NCBI GenBank assembly: GCA_951406725.2
Contig: OX597814.1
Location: forward strand, 3,100,001 to 3,164,000
From: Octopus vulgaris
Lineage: Eukaryota
DNA length: 64,000 nucleotides
Direction of reading: 5' to 3'
Shown: positions 38,056 to 52,619 of the stretch, in pieces
Layout of the letters: every line of letters starts with the position of its first letter
How positions within the stretch are numbered: position 1 is the stretch's first letter
Translations under genes and position numbers: made by a program
Notes under the pieces: model-generated
Seen by the model: the letters and a program-made list of their open reading frames with translations, nothing else
Told to the model about the DNA's origin: nothing
The model's database searches: none

Positions 38056-38749
38056 GTTGCTGACGGTGAAATGATGGTGTTCGTAGCTACCGTTCGAGAT
38101 GGATGGTCATCGTAGCTCTGGTCAAGGATGTGATGGAGTAATAATGTTAATGATTGTATTAGTGGCGATAGGGGGGTTGAAGACGGTGGTGGTGGTGGTG
38201 GTGGTTGTGGTGCTGGTGGTGGTGGTCATTGTCGAGACCCTTTTAATAGACTGACCAATCATAATGTGAGATCCTAGACAGAGGTGGAGGCGGAGAGAGT
38301 GGTTAAAACCTATTAATAGGTTGACCAATCACAACGTGTAATCTAAGAGAATATTAGCGACGGCGGCGGCGGCTTCGGCAGCGGCGGCGGTGGTGTTGGT
38401 GTTGGTGTTTGTGGCGGTGTTCCTGGTGCAGTTGGCGGCGGCGGCGGCGACGGTGACAAAACAATATTCCTTGCAGCTGTCCTTTGATGTCGCTCTATGA
38501 TCATGTAGAGATAACTGCTAGTCATTGGTCAGTAAACGAGAGCCATTCTGGTCAATGAAGTTGAAATCACTGTTAACAAGAGACTCTACTCTCTTTCCCA
38601 TTTTCTCTCTCTCTCTATCTATTTATCTATATCTATCTATGTATCTGTATATCAATCTATGCATCTCTCTATCTCTCTCCTTCTCTATATATCTATTTAT
38701 CTATCTCTCTATATAGTTATCAATCTATCAATATGTCTGTCTAGCTAAA

Positions 38750-38983
38750 AGACGGCGAGCTGGCAGAATCTTTAACAGGCCGAGCGAAATACTTAGCGGT
38801 ATTTCGTCTGCCACTACGTTCTGAGTTCAAACTCCGCCGACGTCGACTTTGCCTTTCATCCCTTCGGGGTCGATTAAGTATGTACCAGTTACGCATTGGG
38901 GTCGATGTAATCGACTTAAACCCTTTGTCTGTTCTTGTTTGTCCCCTCTATGTTTAGACCCCTTGTGGGCAATAAAGAAATAA
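38750..38983 (+). mobile_element. SINE family A, full length
   Basis: Head, body and tail present. Confidence 0.9.
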
Positions 38984-39020
38984 ATGTATTCATGCATCAA
39001 TCTATCTATCTACCTACCTA

Positions 39021-39099
<79 letters not shown>

Positions 39100-39375
39100 G
39101 ACACACACATATGCACACATGCACAAAACATATATTTGTTATTAATGGGAAGAAGCAGTGTCTGTGAGGACACTGCTTGGATTTCCCGAAGGAAGGAATC
39201 CGATTTCGCTCCCAGTATTCGTATTTCTTGCCTCCCCAGACAAGTCACGGATTATTCCCTGTTTCAGTCGATTGAGAATCGGGTGGAAATCGAATGATCT
39301 GTTGTTGAGTGTTGAGGTCTAGTAATGATTTATAATCCTGAGATGGAATCTCCTATGTTGAAGAATACAAGTATA

Positions 39376-39903
39376 CGAGGTTTGATCAAAGAGTATCAGG
39401 ACTGGTGCTATAAAAACGAAACTACAACACACATCATTTCGGCATTTAATTTCCTTCGAAATAGTCCTCTTCTGAAGCCACTCACTTTATACAGTATTGT
39501 TTTCGTTGATGGACGCATTCATGGAATTCCTTGTTAGGAGAATAACGCATTCCTTTCGAGTGGGGTTTGATTCTTGGAATTAGGAAAAAGTTCATAAGGG
39601 GCGACATCTGGAGAATGTTGTGCTTGACCGAAAACCGCTGCACAAGATGCAGTGGGTTGGCAGGTGCATCGTTACAGTGCAGTTACCACTCACGAGACGC
39701 ATGCAATTCTGTCCGACAGCCAAAGTCTACGCACTTTGCTTCCAAACACTGCTTTACACAACGGAAGTGAACCAGGAGGACGATTATAACTTAGTGGGCA
39801 TGCGCGACAAAGTTAAAGTTCAATCTGTGCCAATCAGCTTCACTCTACATACTTTTGCTAAGTAATCACAGCAACAGCCTCGATACTTTTTGATCAGATC
39901 TCG
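39376..39903. mobile_element. mariner-derived non-autonomous element with TIRs and TA TSD
   Basis: TA-CGAGGTTTGATCAAAGAGTATCAGGACTG ... CAGCCTCGATACTTTTTGATCAGATCTCG-TA. Confidence 0.8.
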
Positions 39904-40922
39904 TAAATATTACGATAGAAAGGCAACATAGATCGAGTGACACAAATGTGGTAATGTAGTGGTATTTATTGTTGTATAGTAACGGATGTAGTAGTGTGGT
40001 GTTAGCTGTACAGTGTGGTAGGGGTAACAGAGATGCATTTGTTCCTATAGACATGCCATGTGACAATAGAGTTTTGTGGTTGTGTCCCTACAGATGTAGT
40101 AGTTTTGTCGCAGTGTTGTAGCTTCTGGAGTTGTGTGCTTGTGTCTGAATCTAGGCAGCAGTGTGTGTAGCTGTATGATAATGTCTGTGGGTTAATTCGC
40201 CCTTCATCCCTCCGTGATCAATAAAATAAAGTACCTGTAAAATGCTGGGGTCAATTTAATCAATTAGCCCTCTCTCTCACCCGCAAATTTCCAGCTTGGT
40301 ACCTACGTTAACAGCTATATATAGTGTTGCGGTTGTAGTACCTGCTGTGGTTGCCTGTAGTGGTTACTGTTGTTGTTGTTGTTGTCTTGTGGTAGATATA
40401 ATGTTACAAGCCTTGCTAACTGCTGCGGTAGGGCGGAGTCTACAGTATTACGGAAGTGATTATAACAATATAAGGAAACTATAATGATGCGTGGTTGGTT
40501 TTGATGATGCTGTGGTGATGATGTTTAAGACCTAACAGACTTATGGGCCAAGCTAATCTAACCATGACCATTCCCACTTTAAATTTTTCAACCTTATCCT
40601 CTTTAGGACTACAATATACAATATGTACTTCGTTTTCTTGTTATTTCTAGTAAATCGAACGTCCATATAAAAGCACGCTTTTGGGATTATATTGTGTATG
40701 GTATGGTGGTGAGGTGGTTCATTTAAGATCAAATCGAGGGAGTGTAGAGAGATAAAGGGGTAGAGAAGGGGGATACTTTTAGTGTTCACATAAAGGGGGA
40801 GGGGCAATGTTTTGACATTTGACAAATCCCCCAAGACTTGTGAGAAAGAAGAAAGGGAACTTGAAACTGAAAACCTGACCCGATAATTTGCAACAAAGTG
40901 TAAATCCACAAAAGACATCAAA

Positions 40923-41525
40923 CGAGGGGTGTTCATTAAAGATTTTCCCTGACCCATTTTCGGTGATTACTGGAAACGGAATTTGCACAGGTGTAATCAT
41001 ACATGTCTCTACATGTCACATTGTAAATTTCAGCTTTCCACTAGTATTCGTTTGTCTTCTACGACTGCTGAAGTGGACCAAGGTGTTAGAATGGAGGCAG
41101 TTGAACGCAGATCAGGGATCGGGTTTTTATACACGAAAGGTTGTACACCAAAAGAGACTTTCGATTTGATGAAATGAGTTTATGGTAATGATGCCCCATC
41201 ATACGACATAGTCAAGCACCGGCATCGCCAGTACAAATGTGGTCGGACATCGGTGGAGACTGCTCCTATTCCGGGACGACCACATTCCGCCATCCATAAA
41301 TTGGAAGCCGCCATTTCGGAGGATCGCTGCATAACTATTTGGCAACTAGCCCAAGAAGTGAAAATAAGCGTAGGATCCATGGAAAAAATCATTCACAACC
41401 ATTTGTACATGTGGAAATTGTCTACACGATGGATTTCCCGGATGCTCACACCTTTTTAGAAGCAGGAACGAGTCAACTGCTTCCGGTCTCTTTTGGCAAT
41501 GTGCCAAGAAAACGTGGAGGACTTT
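40923..41525 (+). mobile_element. mariner 5' portion (TIR and transposase HTH region, with stops)
   Basis: CGAGGGGTGTTCATTAAAG end. Translates to MEAVERRSGIGFLYTKG..VYGNDAPSY..GRTSVETAPIPGRP..KLSTRWISRMLT. Confidence 0.8.
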
Positions 41526-42361
41526 TTTTTACGTAAAGTGTCAAATGAAGATGTGACGGATTACATTAGCCACCCATGAAGGCGACTGCGACGGGATTTG
41601 AACTCAGAAAGCAGAGAACCAAAACAAATACCACAAGGCACCTCATTTACCAGTTACCCGCCCTTGGCTGCAACTTCACTCTATCAAAGCCCCAAAAGAT
41701 GGGAGTTGGTGTTAATGGGGTCAGAATTTGAACTGGGGAAGCGAGAAGCTTTCTCTGTTCAATGGCAACCGTAGCGGTGTAATGATGTTTATCTGGGTGA
41801 GTGATATTTAGGGTGGTGGAGGCAGATTATGGTGGATTTCTGTCTTTCACGTGAGTATTCACTTGTTCGGTCATCTGAATTACATGCCCCTGAATCAGCG
41901 TGTAAGTGGTTGAGTGTTCCAGAGAAACAGATACCTTAAAAGCATAGTCAGCATAACACAATGTGTGGTGAAGCTGTTCTCTTCAAATTCCGGGTACAAT
42001 CAAGCCGACGGACTCCTTCACACTTCGCGTCCGTCTACCCAATTTCATTCTTCGTGAGGTTTGGGCTGACTGGAGATTATGGCATTTGCCCTAGGTGCCA
42101 CGCTGAGGGATTGAGCGCAGAACATCGTGGTTGTGTAGCGAACTCCTTAAACCATTCAGCCATACTACGCTTAGAGAGAGAGAGAATTGTTATAATGTGA
42201 TAACGGATACAGTGTGTGGGAGGAGAGGGTATAGTGATATGGCTGTGTTGTTGTTGGTGAGCAGTAAATACAAGGAGGTATTTAGTTCGACGCACTGATG
42301 ACTCTGCCACCTGGCCACCTAGATAATGAGAGAGCGAGGTGGTGAGTGGGAGAGAGAAGTG

Positions 42362-42430
<69 letters not shown>

Positions 42431-42440
42431 GAGGTAGATT

Positions 42441-42530
<90 letters not shown>

Positions 42531-42944
42531 AGGACAGACAGACAGACAGATAGAGAGAGAGAGGGGGAGAGATATAAAAGGAGTGGGGAAATGGCAAAAA
42601 TGAAAGCAAGGAGCAAAATGAGGAAAAAACGAAAGAGCTGATAGCGGTGAGAGTAAAAAATACGAAATAAAGTGAAAAAAAAAAAACAAACAAAAAAAGC
42701 ACCCACAAAAAAACAAAAGACTTTTAGGATTCTGAATATTATTTAATGAAGAGGGATCTACAAGTATAAGGAGGTCAGAGCTAACCTTGGAATGGTAACT
42801 AAAACCGATTCCAACTCCGATAGATTATCTGATTGTATACTGATCCTAGCAAGATTATCTGACGTTGTTATACTGTTGATCTTCAAACAGCTCCACTTAC
42901 CATAGATTATAATCAGAAAAACGAATTATTACTCTGTTTTTAAC

Positions 42945-43073
42945 AATACAACAACAACAACAACAACAACAATAATAATAATAGTAATAATAAAAATAAT
43001 AATAATAGTTATAATAATAATAATAATAATAACAATAATAATAATAATAATAATAATAACAACAACAACAATG

Positions 43074-43135
<62 letters not shown>

Positions 43136-43149
43136 CAATGATGATGATG

Positions 43150-43201
<52 letters not shown>

Positions 43202-43233
43202 TAATAATAATAATAATAACAATGATGATGATG

Positions 43234-43284
<51 letters not shown>

Positions 43285-43285
43285 T
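42945..43285. repeat. (AAC)n/(AAT)n/(GAT)n compound microsatellite
   Basis: Direct reading. Confidence 0.95.
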
Positions 43286-43587
43286 TTCTGCATTTTCTTT
43301 CATATTGTTGTTAATGTTGTAAACTAAAACATCTCTTGAAATTATTGGAAATTCCTTCCAGGGAAACCAGTTGAGCAATATTAACGATGTAAGGCCATGA
43401 GTTACCGAAATCGTTACAGCGCTGAGCAAAATCTTTAAGCGTTGAGTCTAAATTCTGCTGAGGTCGATTTTTGCCATTCACCCTTTCGGGGTCGATAAAA
43501 TAAGTAAGTACCAGTTGGATCGGGTCATATTGTCTTAATGGCTTATTATCTAACACACTCACCGGTTCGATTTCTATTTATTTTTTA

Positions 43588-43987
43588 CTAGCAGTATCGC
43601 CCGGCGTTGCTCGGGTTTGTAAGGGAAATAACTATATAAGCATTTTTAGAGATGTAAAGTATAATAACCATCTCAACATGGCTAACCACAAAGGGGGGGG
43701 GGTTACTGTAGCTTTTTACGTTCTGAGATTTAATAATAAATTTTTAGAGAGTTACTTCCCTTATATATGCCAAAAATGCATTAAAAATGGAAAAAAATTA
43801 TGGTAATTTTTTTTTTTAAATCGTAGACTCATCGTAGACGCGCGCTAATACCCAGAAGGGCTTGATATGAATCACGACTATAAGTTACCCGATTTTGGTT
43901 AAACTGCACCGCAAAATGTGGGAGTAGTTAGGAATCTAAATCGTAGGAGACAGACACCACACAACCTCTGTTTTATATATATAAAGA
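43588..43987 (-). mobile_element. Non-autonomous Helitron (400 bp)
   Basis: The minus strand starts TCTTTATATAT and ends with the hairpin ccgagcaacgccgggcg followed by CTAG. It sits between A and T with no TSD. An empty paralogous site lies near 45915. Confidence 0.9.
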
Positions 43988-45038
43988 TTTGTATTTTTTT
44001 TTTTCCAAAATCTTCGTTGCTTTTGCAGTTTTGTCAACGGTGGTTGACTCTGTCCGTTATTGGAGCTGCGTTCTTTGTTTGTCTGTTTGTGCGCATGCGT
44101 GTGCGTCAGCATGCAATTGTGCTTATGTATGCACATATATATATGTATTCTGTATATTCATGTGTTTGTATGTATGTGTATGTATTTGTGTGTGTACATC
44201 TATGTGTATTTGTGTGCGTACCACGCAGTTTTCATTCGTGCATTTGGTATTTTCGAAGAGCTACGTCCGACAGACTGCGATCTGACGGAGCTCCCTGGCT
44301 TTTCAACGATCTTAATGTTGAGTTTGGTCTCCTTCAGAGCATTCCTTGGAAAATATTAACCTTAGCATTAACTATACAACTATAAATATAGTTTTACGAA
44401 GATGTACTTGCATAGCAAGTGACCTGATCTGAGATCGTGTGCTGGAACGAAAATGATTGCAGCGTGGAAGGTGTTTGTAAGCCATTTAAGAAACACACAA
44501 AAACCGTTAGATTCATACAGCATAAAGTATATAGTGTGTACTTGTAAAGACAAGGCCACGGCATCACTTGGAGAAACATCTGGAAATATTGCAGATAGAT
44601 TAAATAAACACTTGAAGTAATATAATGACAAACAACAGCCTTCAATACTCCACCAAAATAGAGGCACGCTGGGCCGACTTGACATAGGCATTTTATCAGA
44701 GCACCCGAAAGAGCCATCAGTCAGACAAATGCAGGAGAACGTCCGAATAAATGAAACGTCCTCCGTACTAAATAGGAAATATGCGTAGAAGGTAGTGATG
44801 CCCTAATGCCCACAGAATATACATACATAAGTACAGTTGCTAGCAGGCTGTTATGTAGGCATATATATATAAAGGATAAATATATTTATATAAAGAATAA
44901 AAAGTTTTGAATGGTACGACAATGCACTATGATACGAACAATGGGCTATATACCCGTTGTAATTTAGTCACCCATAGTCTGATAATATTTCGGAATAAAA
45001 TTCCTTCTTCAGATATTCTCAGATGGAGTCTAAGACGC

Positions 45039-45075
<37 letters not shown>

Positions 45076-45174
45076 TTCATACATATACAAACACACAAAA
45101 TCACACACACAAGCACACATCCACGCACATATATAAGGTATATATATATATATATAATTATATATATATATATT

Positions 45175-45322
45175 AGCGGTTCGGTAAAAGAGACCGATAG
45201 AACAAGTACTGGGCTTACAAAAGAATAAGTCCCGGGGTCGAGTTGTTCGATTAAAGGCGGTGCTCCAGCATGGCCGCAGTCAAATGACTGAAACAAGTAA
45301 AAGAGTAAAAGAGAGTAAAGAG
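45175..45322 (+). mobile_element. SINE family B 3' portion
   Basis: Near-consensus tail. Confidence 0.85.
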
Positions 45323-45326
45323 TATA

Positions 45327-45359
<33 letters not shown>

Positions 45360-45396
45360 ATATATATACATATGAACAACACCTGTGTTTAACTCC

Positions 45397-45467
<71 letters not shown>

Positions 45468-45534
45468 CATACACACCTGCAAGCTTCCGGTATGCGGAGA
45501 TTTCGACTAGTAGTACTTGCATATGCAAGATGTT

Positions 45535-45572
<38 letters not shown>

Positions 45573-46054
45573 CAGAGAGAGAGAGAGAGAGAGAGAGGTT
45601 GCTAAATGGGTAAGTAGATAGATAGGTACTTATGTAGTACGGGCAGACAAGCACATACACACACAAGTAGACAGAGATACACATACATACATACATACAT
45701 ACATACATACATACATACATACATACATACATACATACATACATACATACATACATACATACATACATACATACATACATACATACATACATACATACAT
45801 ACATACATACATACACAAGCACATACGCACAAACGGACGAAAAAGAACGCAGTTCCAATAACGGACACAGTCAACATTGCAAAAGCAACGAAAATTTTGG
45901 AAGAAAAAATATAGATAATAAATGAGTGGAAATCGAACCAGTGAGTGTGTTAGGTAATAAGCCTTTAAGACGATATCACTCTCCCCAGATGCCACATAAT
46001 TTGCTTTTGCAAACCAGATACAAAAATGAAATATATGTATATTGTGTATATATA

Positions 46055-46175
46055 TTTCTTTACTACCCACAAGGAGCTAAACACAGAGAGGACAAACAAG
46101 AACAGACAAACGGATTAAGTGATTACATTGACCCCAGTGAGTAACTGGTACTTAATTTATTGACCCCGAAAGGAT
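46055..46175 (-). mobile_element. SINE family A 3' portion
   Basis: Reverse complement of the body and tail. Confidence 0.85.
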
Positions 46176-46179
46176 GAAG

Positions 46180-46460
46180 AAGGTGCATAGCTTAGTGGTT
46201 ATCGTGTTGTACTCACGATTGTGAGATCGTCGGTTCGATTCCTAGACCGAGCGTTGCATTGTGTTCTTGAGCAAAGCACTTCATTTCACGTTGCTCTGCA
46301 ATCATTTCGACACTTGACGTGTGGCACCCAGTTGCACCTGTACAGGTAATGTCGATCTGATGGAGAGAGTGTCTACACAAAACATTTGATCACTATAAAC
46401 AAATCATCTGTGTGGTTGTTCAGCAAGAAATTGCAGAACACTCATGCTTTGTCTAATGAC
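46180..46460 (+). mobile_element. tRNA-derived SINE family C
   Basis: A box TAGCTTAGTGG, B box GGTTCGATTCC, body gtgttcttgagcaaagcact. Related copies near 50050, 62514 and 48920-49082 (minus). Confidence 0.75.
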
Positions 46461-46495
46461 GGGTGAGTCCGTTATTATTGTCGTTGTTGTTGTTG

Positions 46496-46559
<64 letters not shown>

Positions 46560-46903
46560 CATTATTATTATCATTATTACTACTACTATTATTATTATTA
46601 TTATATACAAATGCACACACACACACATATATATACACACATATATATATAGCTGTTTTACAAACAGCTTGCACATGCAAGTGCTACTAGTCGAAACCTC
46701 CGCATACCGGAAGCCAGCAGTGTGTGTGTGTGTATATATATATATAAACTGAGTTAAACGGAGGTGTTTTTTTATATATGTTTATGTTTACGTTTTCCAG
46801 TTTCAGCTCTTGAGCTGTGGCCATGCTGGGGCACCGCCATTTAAATATATATATTTATATATATAAATGGAGTTAAACGCAGGTGTTATTCAAATATATA
46901 TAT

Positions 46904-46940
<37 letters not shown>

Positions 46941-47021
46941 TGTGTGTGTGCTGTGTCTGTGTGTCTGTGTGTGCGTGGGTGTGTCCCTGTGTGTGATTTT
47001 GTATTTGTATAGGTACGTATG

Positions 47022-47074
<53 letters not shown>

Positions 47075-47568
47075 GCGTATTTGCATATATATGTATGTTT
47101 GCGCCTGCATATGTATGTGTCTGACCATGTTTTTTTTATATCTTTGTATGTGTATAAGCATATTTGTGTATATATGTCTGCATTTATGAATGTGTGCATG
47201 TGTATGTTTGTGTGCTTGTACGTCTGTGTGTGTATAGGTGTATATATGTACATTTAGGCTTCTGTATATGTGTTTCTATATATATATATATGCTTGCCTG
47301 TGTAATTAAAGGAGTGCGTGTATGTGTGTGTGTGTCTGTGTTTGTATCCTATTTGTGTTTTAAAGTTTTGTATCTTTGACACAGTGTCGCCGATCAAAAC
47401 AAAAACGATGTTGCGTAAACATCATAACTTAGCCGATCGATAAAACATGATCGATAGAGTAATTGCTGGACTCAAGCAAAAACTTGGCTTCTTCTGACTG
47501 AGTCCAATCATAGGAAGCTGCACCCCAACACAGACGCACTCCAAAACTTTAAAAAGATGCAAAAACAA

Positions 47569-47657
<89 letters not shown>

Positions 47658-47671
47658 TGTATGTATATATA

Positions 47672-47892
47672 CTCTTTTCCTCTCTTTTACTTCTATCAGT
47701 CATTTGACTGCGGCCATGCTGGAGCACCGCCTTTAATCGAGCAACTCGACCCCGGGACTTACTCTTTTGTAAGCCCAGCACTTATTCTATCGGTCTCTTT
47801 TGCCGAACCGCTAAGTAACAGGGACATAAACACACCAGCATCGGTTGTCAAGCAATGCTAGGGGGACAAACACAGACACACAAACACATACA

Positions 47893-47940
<48 letters not shown>

Positions 47941-48103
47941 AATACGACGGGCTTCTTTCAGTTTCCGTCTACCAAATCCACTCAGAAGGCTTTGGTCGCC
48001 CGAGGCTTATAGTAGAAGACACTTACCCAAGTTGCCACGCAGTGGGACTGAACCCGGAACCATGTGGTTGGTAAACAAGCTACTTACCACACAGCCACTC
48101 CTG
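47672..48103 (-). mobile_element. SINE family B, full length
   Basis: Near-consensus reverse complement. Confidence 0.92.
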
Positions 48104-48161
48104 TATATATACAATATATATATATATATATATATATACCTGCATACATACATATATATAC

Positions 48162-48230
<69 letters not shown>

Positions 48231-48653
48231 AATGAACGATATTTTATCTAAAAATAATATAGTACCCTAGTATGTATAAATATATTTATATATCGTATAT
48301 ATAATCATTGATTTGCTTATATGGCTACATGTGTGTGTGTACTTCTAATATAAGGATGATTTTTTAAAAATCTTATCAGTGGCCTGCATATTAAAATACC
48401 GAATAAATAAATTGAGAAGAATTTATCAACAAAGTTATCCTTCATCATTTCGTCTTAACTGCTACTTCTAGCAGCTCCAGTGACCACACAGAAAAAGCCC
48501 CGCGATCATGTTTTTTTTTTTTTTTTTTTTTTTTAATTTGATAAGATTTCTTATTGTTCGTTGGGTGGCGTCAATATTAGTTTATATTTCATTTTCTGAA
48601 ATTCATCAGCTTTCCTAAATTTTCGCTTCATATTTGTAAATTTGAGCAACGTT

Positions 48654-48732
48654 CAGGGTGGGCCAAAAAATCAAACTACCATTTAATATATTGTTATATG
48701 CTAAATGGTCGGGCGATTCTTGACCCACCCTC
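48654..48732. mobile_element. Tiny Tc1-type MITE remnant
   Basis: CAGGGTGGGCCAAAAAATC ... GATTCTTGACCCACCCTC-TA. Confidence 0.5.
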
Positions 48733-49322
48733 TAATTACTGAGGTTGTTTTTTTTTTCTTTTCTACTGATACTGTTTCATTGTTATAATCCGGGCCTCAT
48801 GTAATATTACTACGTGAGATTTAATATAGCTTTTTTCCTTTGGTGAAAAATATCCTATGTCTATACTTCTCCTGGTGTTCATATTTCCAATAACACCAAG
48901 CTTCTCCAACACAGATGTTGCCTCAAAGATGTGAAACTTTAGGAAATGACGTCTTCCCTATTGCTCAGTTGGCGCTCATTTTCAACTGAAAAGACTGGAA
49001 TCACTGCCTGATCCAAGATTTGAAACCACGACGTTACGATTGTGGGCTGAACATTCTAACCACAAGAACACCCGTCTTCACCAAATAGGCGATCTCAATT
49101 CCATGCAGTACAACTCGAAACATTCACTTCATTTTCTTTCATCACCTCAATAATATCTTCACCAAACTGATCATCAATCAATCAATCAATCAATGATTAT
49201 CAATCGTTTCAGTCTTGTGTGTCTTGGAGGACCTACAAAACCAGTAGAAACCAAACCAGCTGACCTAAAGCAAAATGAACAGCAGGGGCAGCATTGTATA
49301 AATGACGAATGTGTTGTTATTT

Positions 49323-49913
49323 AGGCGGCGAGCTGGCAGAAACGTTAGCCCGCCGGGCGAAATGCGTAGCCGTATTTCGTCTGCCATTACGTTCTGAGTT
49401 CAAATTCCACCGAGGTCGACTTTGCCTTTCATCCTTTCGGGGTCGATAAATTAAGTACCAGTTACGCACTGGGGTCGATATAATCGATTTAATCCGTTTA
49501 CCTGTCCTTGTTTGTCCCCTCTGTGTTTACCCCTTGGGTTGTAAAGAAATACGTATTTCGTCTGCCGCTACGTTCTGAGTTCAAATTCCGCCGAGGTCGA
49601 CTTTGTCATCCTTTCGGGGTCGATAAATTAAGTACCAGTTTTGCACTGGTGTCGATATAATCGACTTGATCCATTTGTCTGTCCTTGTTTGTCCCCTCTG
49701 TGTTTAGCCCCTTGGGTAGTAAAGAAATAGGTATTTCGTCTGCCGCTACGTTCTGAGTTCAAATTCCGCCGAGGTCGACTTTGCCTTTCATCCTTTCGGG
49801 GTCGATAAATTAAGTACCAGTTACGCACTGGGATCGATATAATCGACTTAATCTGTTTGTCTATCCTTGTTTGTCCTCTCTGTGTTTAGCCCCTTGTGGG
49901 TAGTAAAGAAATA
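49323..49913 (+). mobile_element. SINE family A tandem trimer inside a single 16-bp TSD
   Basis: Units restart near 49552 and 49730. TSD gaatgtgttgttattt at 49307-49322 and 49914-49929. Confidence 0.93.
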
Positions 49914-50661
49914 GAATGTGTTGTTATTTCTCACGCACACCACTTGAACATTGGTCGGGGGTCATGAGTCAAACCCCGACTCATGAAAGATCCATTCTCA
50001 AAGCTGCATCATTTCCATTTACATCTTATCATCAACTTTCGAACTGAAGGTTCGTGGCCTACTCATTAGGCTGTAGTGCTCACGAGCGGTCACGGTTTCG
50101 ATTTCCTAACCGGTCAGTGCATTGTATTCTTGAGCAAAACACTTCTTTTCACGTTGCCGCAGTCGGCTCAGCTGTAAATTGGCCATGGAGAGTCATCCCA
50201 TTCAGGGACACTGTCGTGATGTCGCTCACTTAGACGCCATGGAAGTCTGATGACTCTGGCGCTATTTACTTCTTGCTCTTATCGACTTTCGAAAACAAAG
50301 AGGAAACGAAACCCTAACTTGTGTCATAGCTGTCTGCGTACATATCTTGGTACTATACGGTCGTAACGATGCTGTTGAAGGTCATATTATGTATTATCAA
50401 TAAACTAGTCTTACGCATCATATGACGGGTATCTTTGGACGTATATATTTGCCACCCTGGGTAATATCAGAAAATATGGGTATACATTCGATAAGTATAA
50501 TTTAGCATTTATTAAACTGTTTGGTGCTAAGACAAAATGATGAAATGAATATTAATTTTCAAGCGAAAAACATTTATTACCTTAAAATGAAATTAGATAA
50601 AACAATTTGCTCTTTTTTGTATATTTGCAATAAATAAATGCCAATTTATTTTATATATTTT

Positions 50662-50801
50662 ACCAGCTTACCAACCACATGGTTCCGGGTTCAGTCCCAC
50701 TGTGTGGAACCTTGGGCAAGTGTCTTCTACTATAGCCACGGGTCGACCAAAGCCTTGTGAGTGGATTTGGTAGCCGGGAACTGAAAGAAACCCGTCGTAT
50801 G

Positions 50802-50838
<37 letters not shown>

Positions 50839-51040
50839 CTTTACTACCCACAAGGGGCTAACCACAGAGGGGACAAACAAGGACAGACAAACGGATTAAG
50901 TCGATTATATCGACCCCGAAAGGATGAAAGGCAAAGTTGACCTCGGCGAAATTTGAACGCAGAACGTCACGGCAGACGAAATACGGCTACGCATTTCACC
51001 CGGCGTGCTAACGTTTCTGCCAGCACACACACACACACAC

Positions 51041-51092
<52 letters not shown>

Positions 51093-51300
51093 TTGTGTGT
51101 CTGTGTTTGTCCCCCAACATCGCTTGTCAACCAATGCTGGTGTGTTTACGTCCTCGTAACTTAACCGTTCGGCAAAAGAGCCCGATAGAATAAATTCTAG
51201 GCTACAAAGAATAAGTCCTGGGGTTGATTTGCTCGACTAAAGGCGGTGCTCCAGCATGGCCGCAGTCAAATGGCTGAAACAAGTAAGAGAGTAAAAGAGA
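50662..51300 (+). mobile_element. SINE family B with an inverted family A copy (50835-51025) in its internal microsatellite
   Basis: B 5' half, (TA)n, family A on the minus strand, (TG)n, then B 3' half. Confidence 0.88.
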
Positions 51301-51955
51301 ATGTATGTATGTAATGTATATTATTTTATTAATTGGGAGATATAATTTTATTATACTTTTGGTAATATAAAACAGGTTTTCCTTCGCTTGTGTGTCTGAG
51401 GGTGACTGCGTATGCGTTTGTGCGCTTGTGTGTGCATTTGTGCGTCTGTCTGAGCGTTTGTATTCATCCATGCGTGTCTTTATAAGCTCGGCTGTTCATC
51501 TCTACAGATTCTCTGATTCAAAGCCTTGATGTTAATACTACCCAAATATCTTCGCACCACGTTATGTGAAACTGGCAGAAATATGTAATCCAGCCAATTC
51601 TAGAACGCTGTTCGGCAGTCAGAAGACTAATGGCTTACTAATTTATTCAGTAATTAGTCTCGGGGATTAGAATACAGACATACAGTAAAGTAGCAAATGC
51701 GTATTTACTGAAAATCTTGTTTATCACTCGTCAAATTTACAACTTCACCTCCACCACCTCTCACTAACCATTATCCCACATCTACTTCCGCTTTCCGTCT
51801 CTACAGCCCACTACAGTTACTTCCGGTTTCAGACTCCATCTTAAATCGGATGCATGCTGCATCCGTCTATAGGAGTTGCTTGTTTACAATAGCAATCAAA
51901 GGAGTGGTGTGGTATTTTTGTTTGTAAAGAAGTATACACACACACACACACACAC

Positions 51956-52018
<63 letters not shown>

Positions 52019-52325
52019 TTCTGTGTCCGCTCGTGTTTGTGTATGTATACAAAGGCGTAATCATAGCCACGCATATACACACAAGAAAACGAACACTCAT
52101 ACACGCATACACAACCTGATATAGACACACACGATATATATATATAAACATTGTTGGTTTGTAAATATTTGTATTTGTACATGTATTGATATATATACAC
52201 ATGTATATATGTATGTATGTATGTATGTGTGTATGTATGTATGTATGTATGTATGTATGTATGTGTCTATGTATCTATGTATGTATGTGTGTGTATGTAT
52301 GTATAGAAAGAGACAGACATTTAAT

Positions 52326-52619
<294 letters not shown>

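Noticed and set aside
37610-38074. Poly-Gly/poly-Val ORFs and the many YIYI, CVCV and LSIY ORFs across the window
   Set aside because: Stop-free frames produced by simple repeats.
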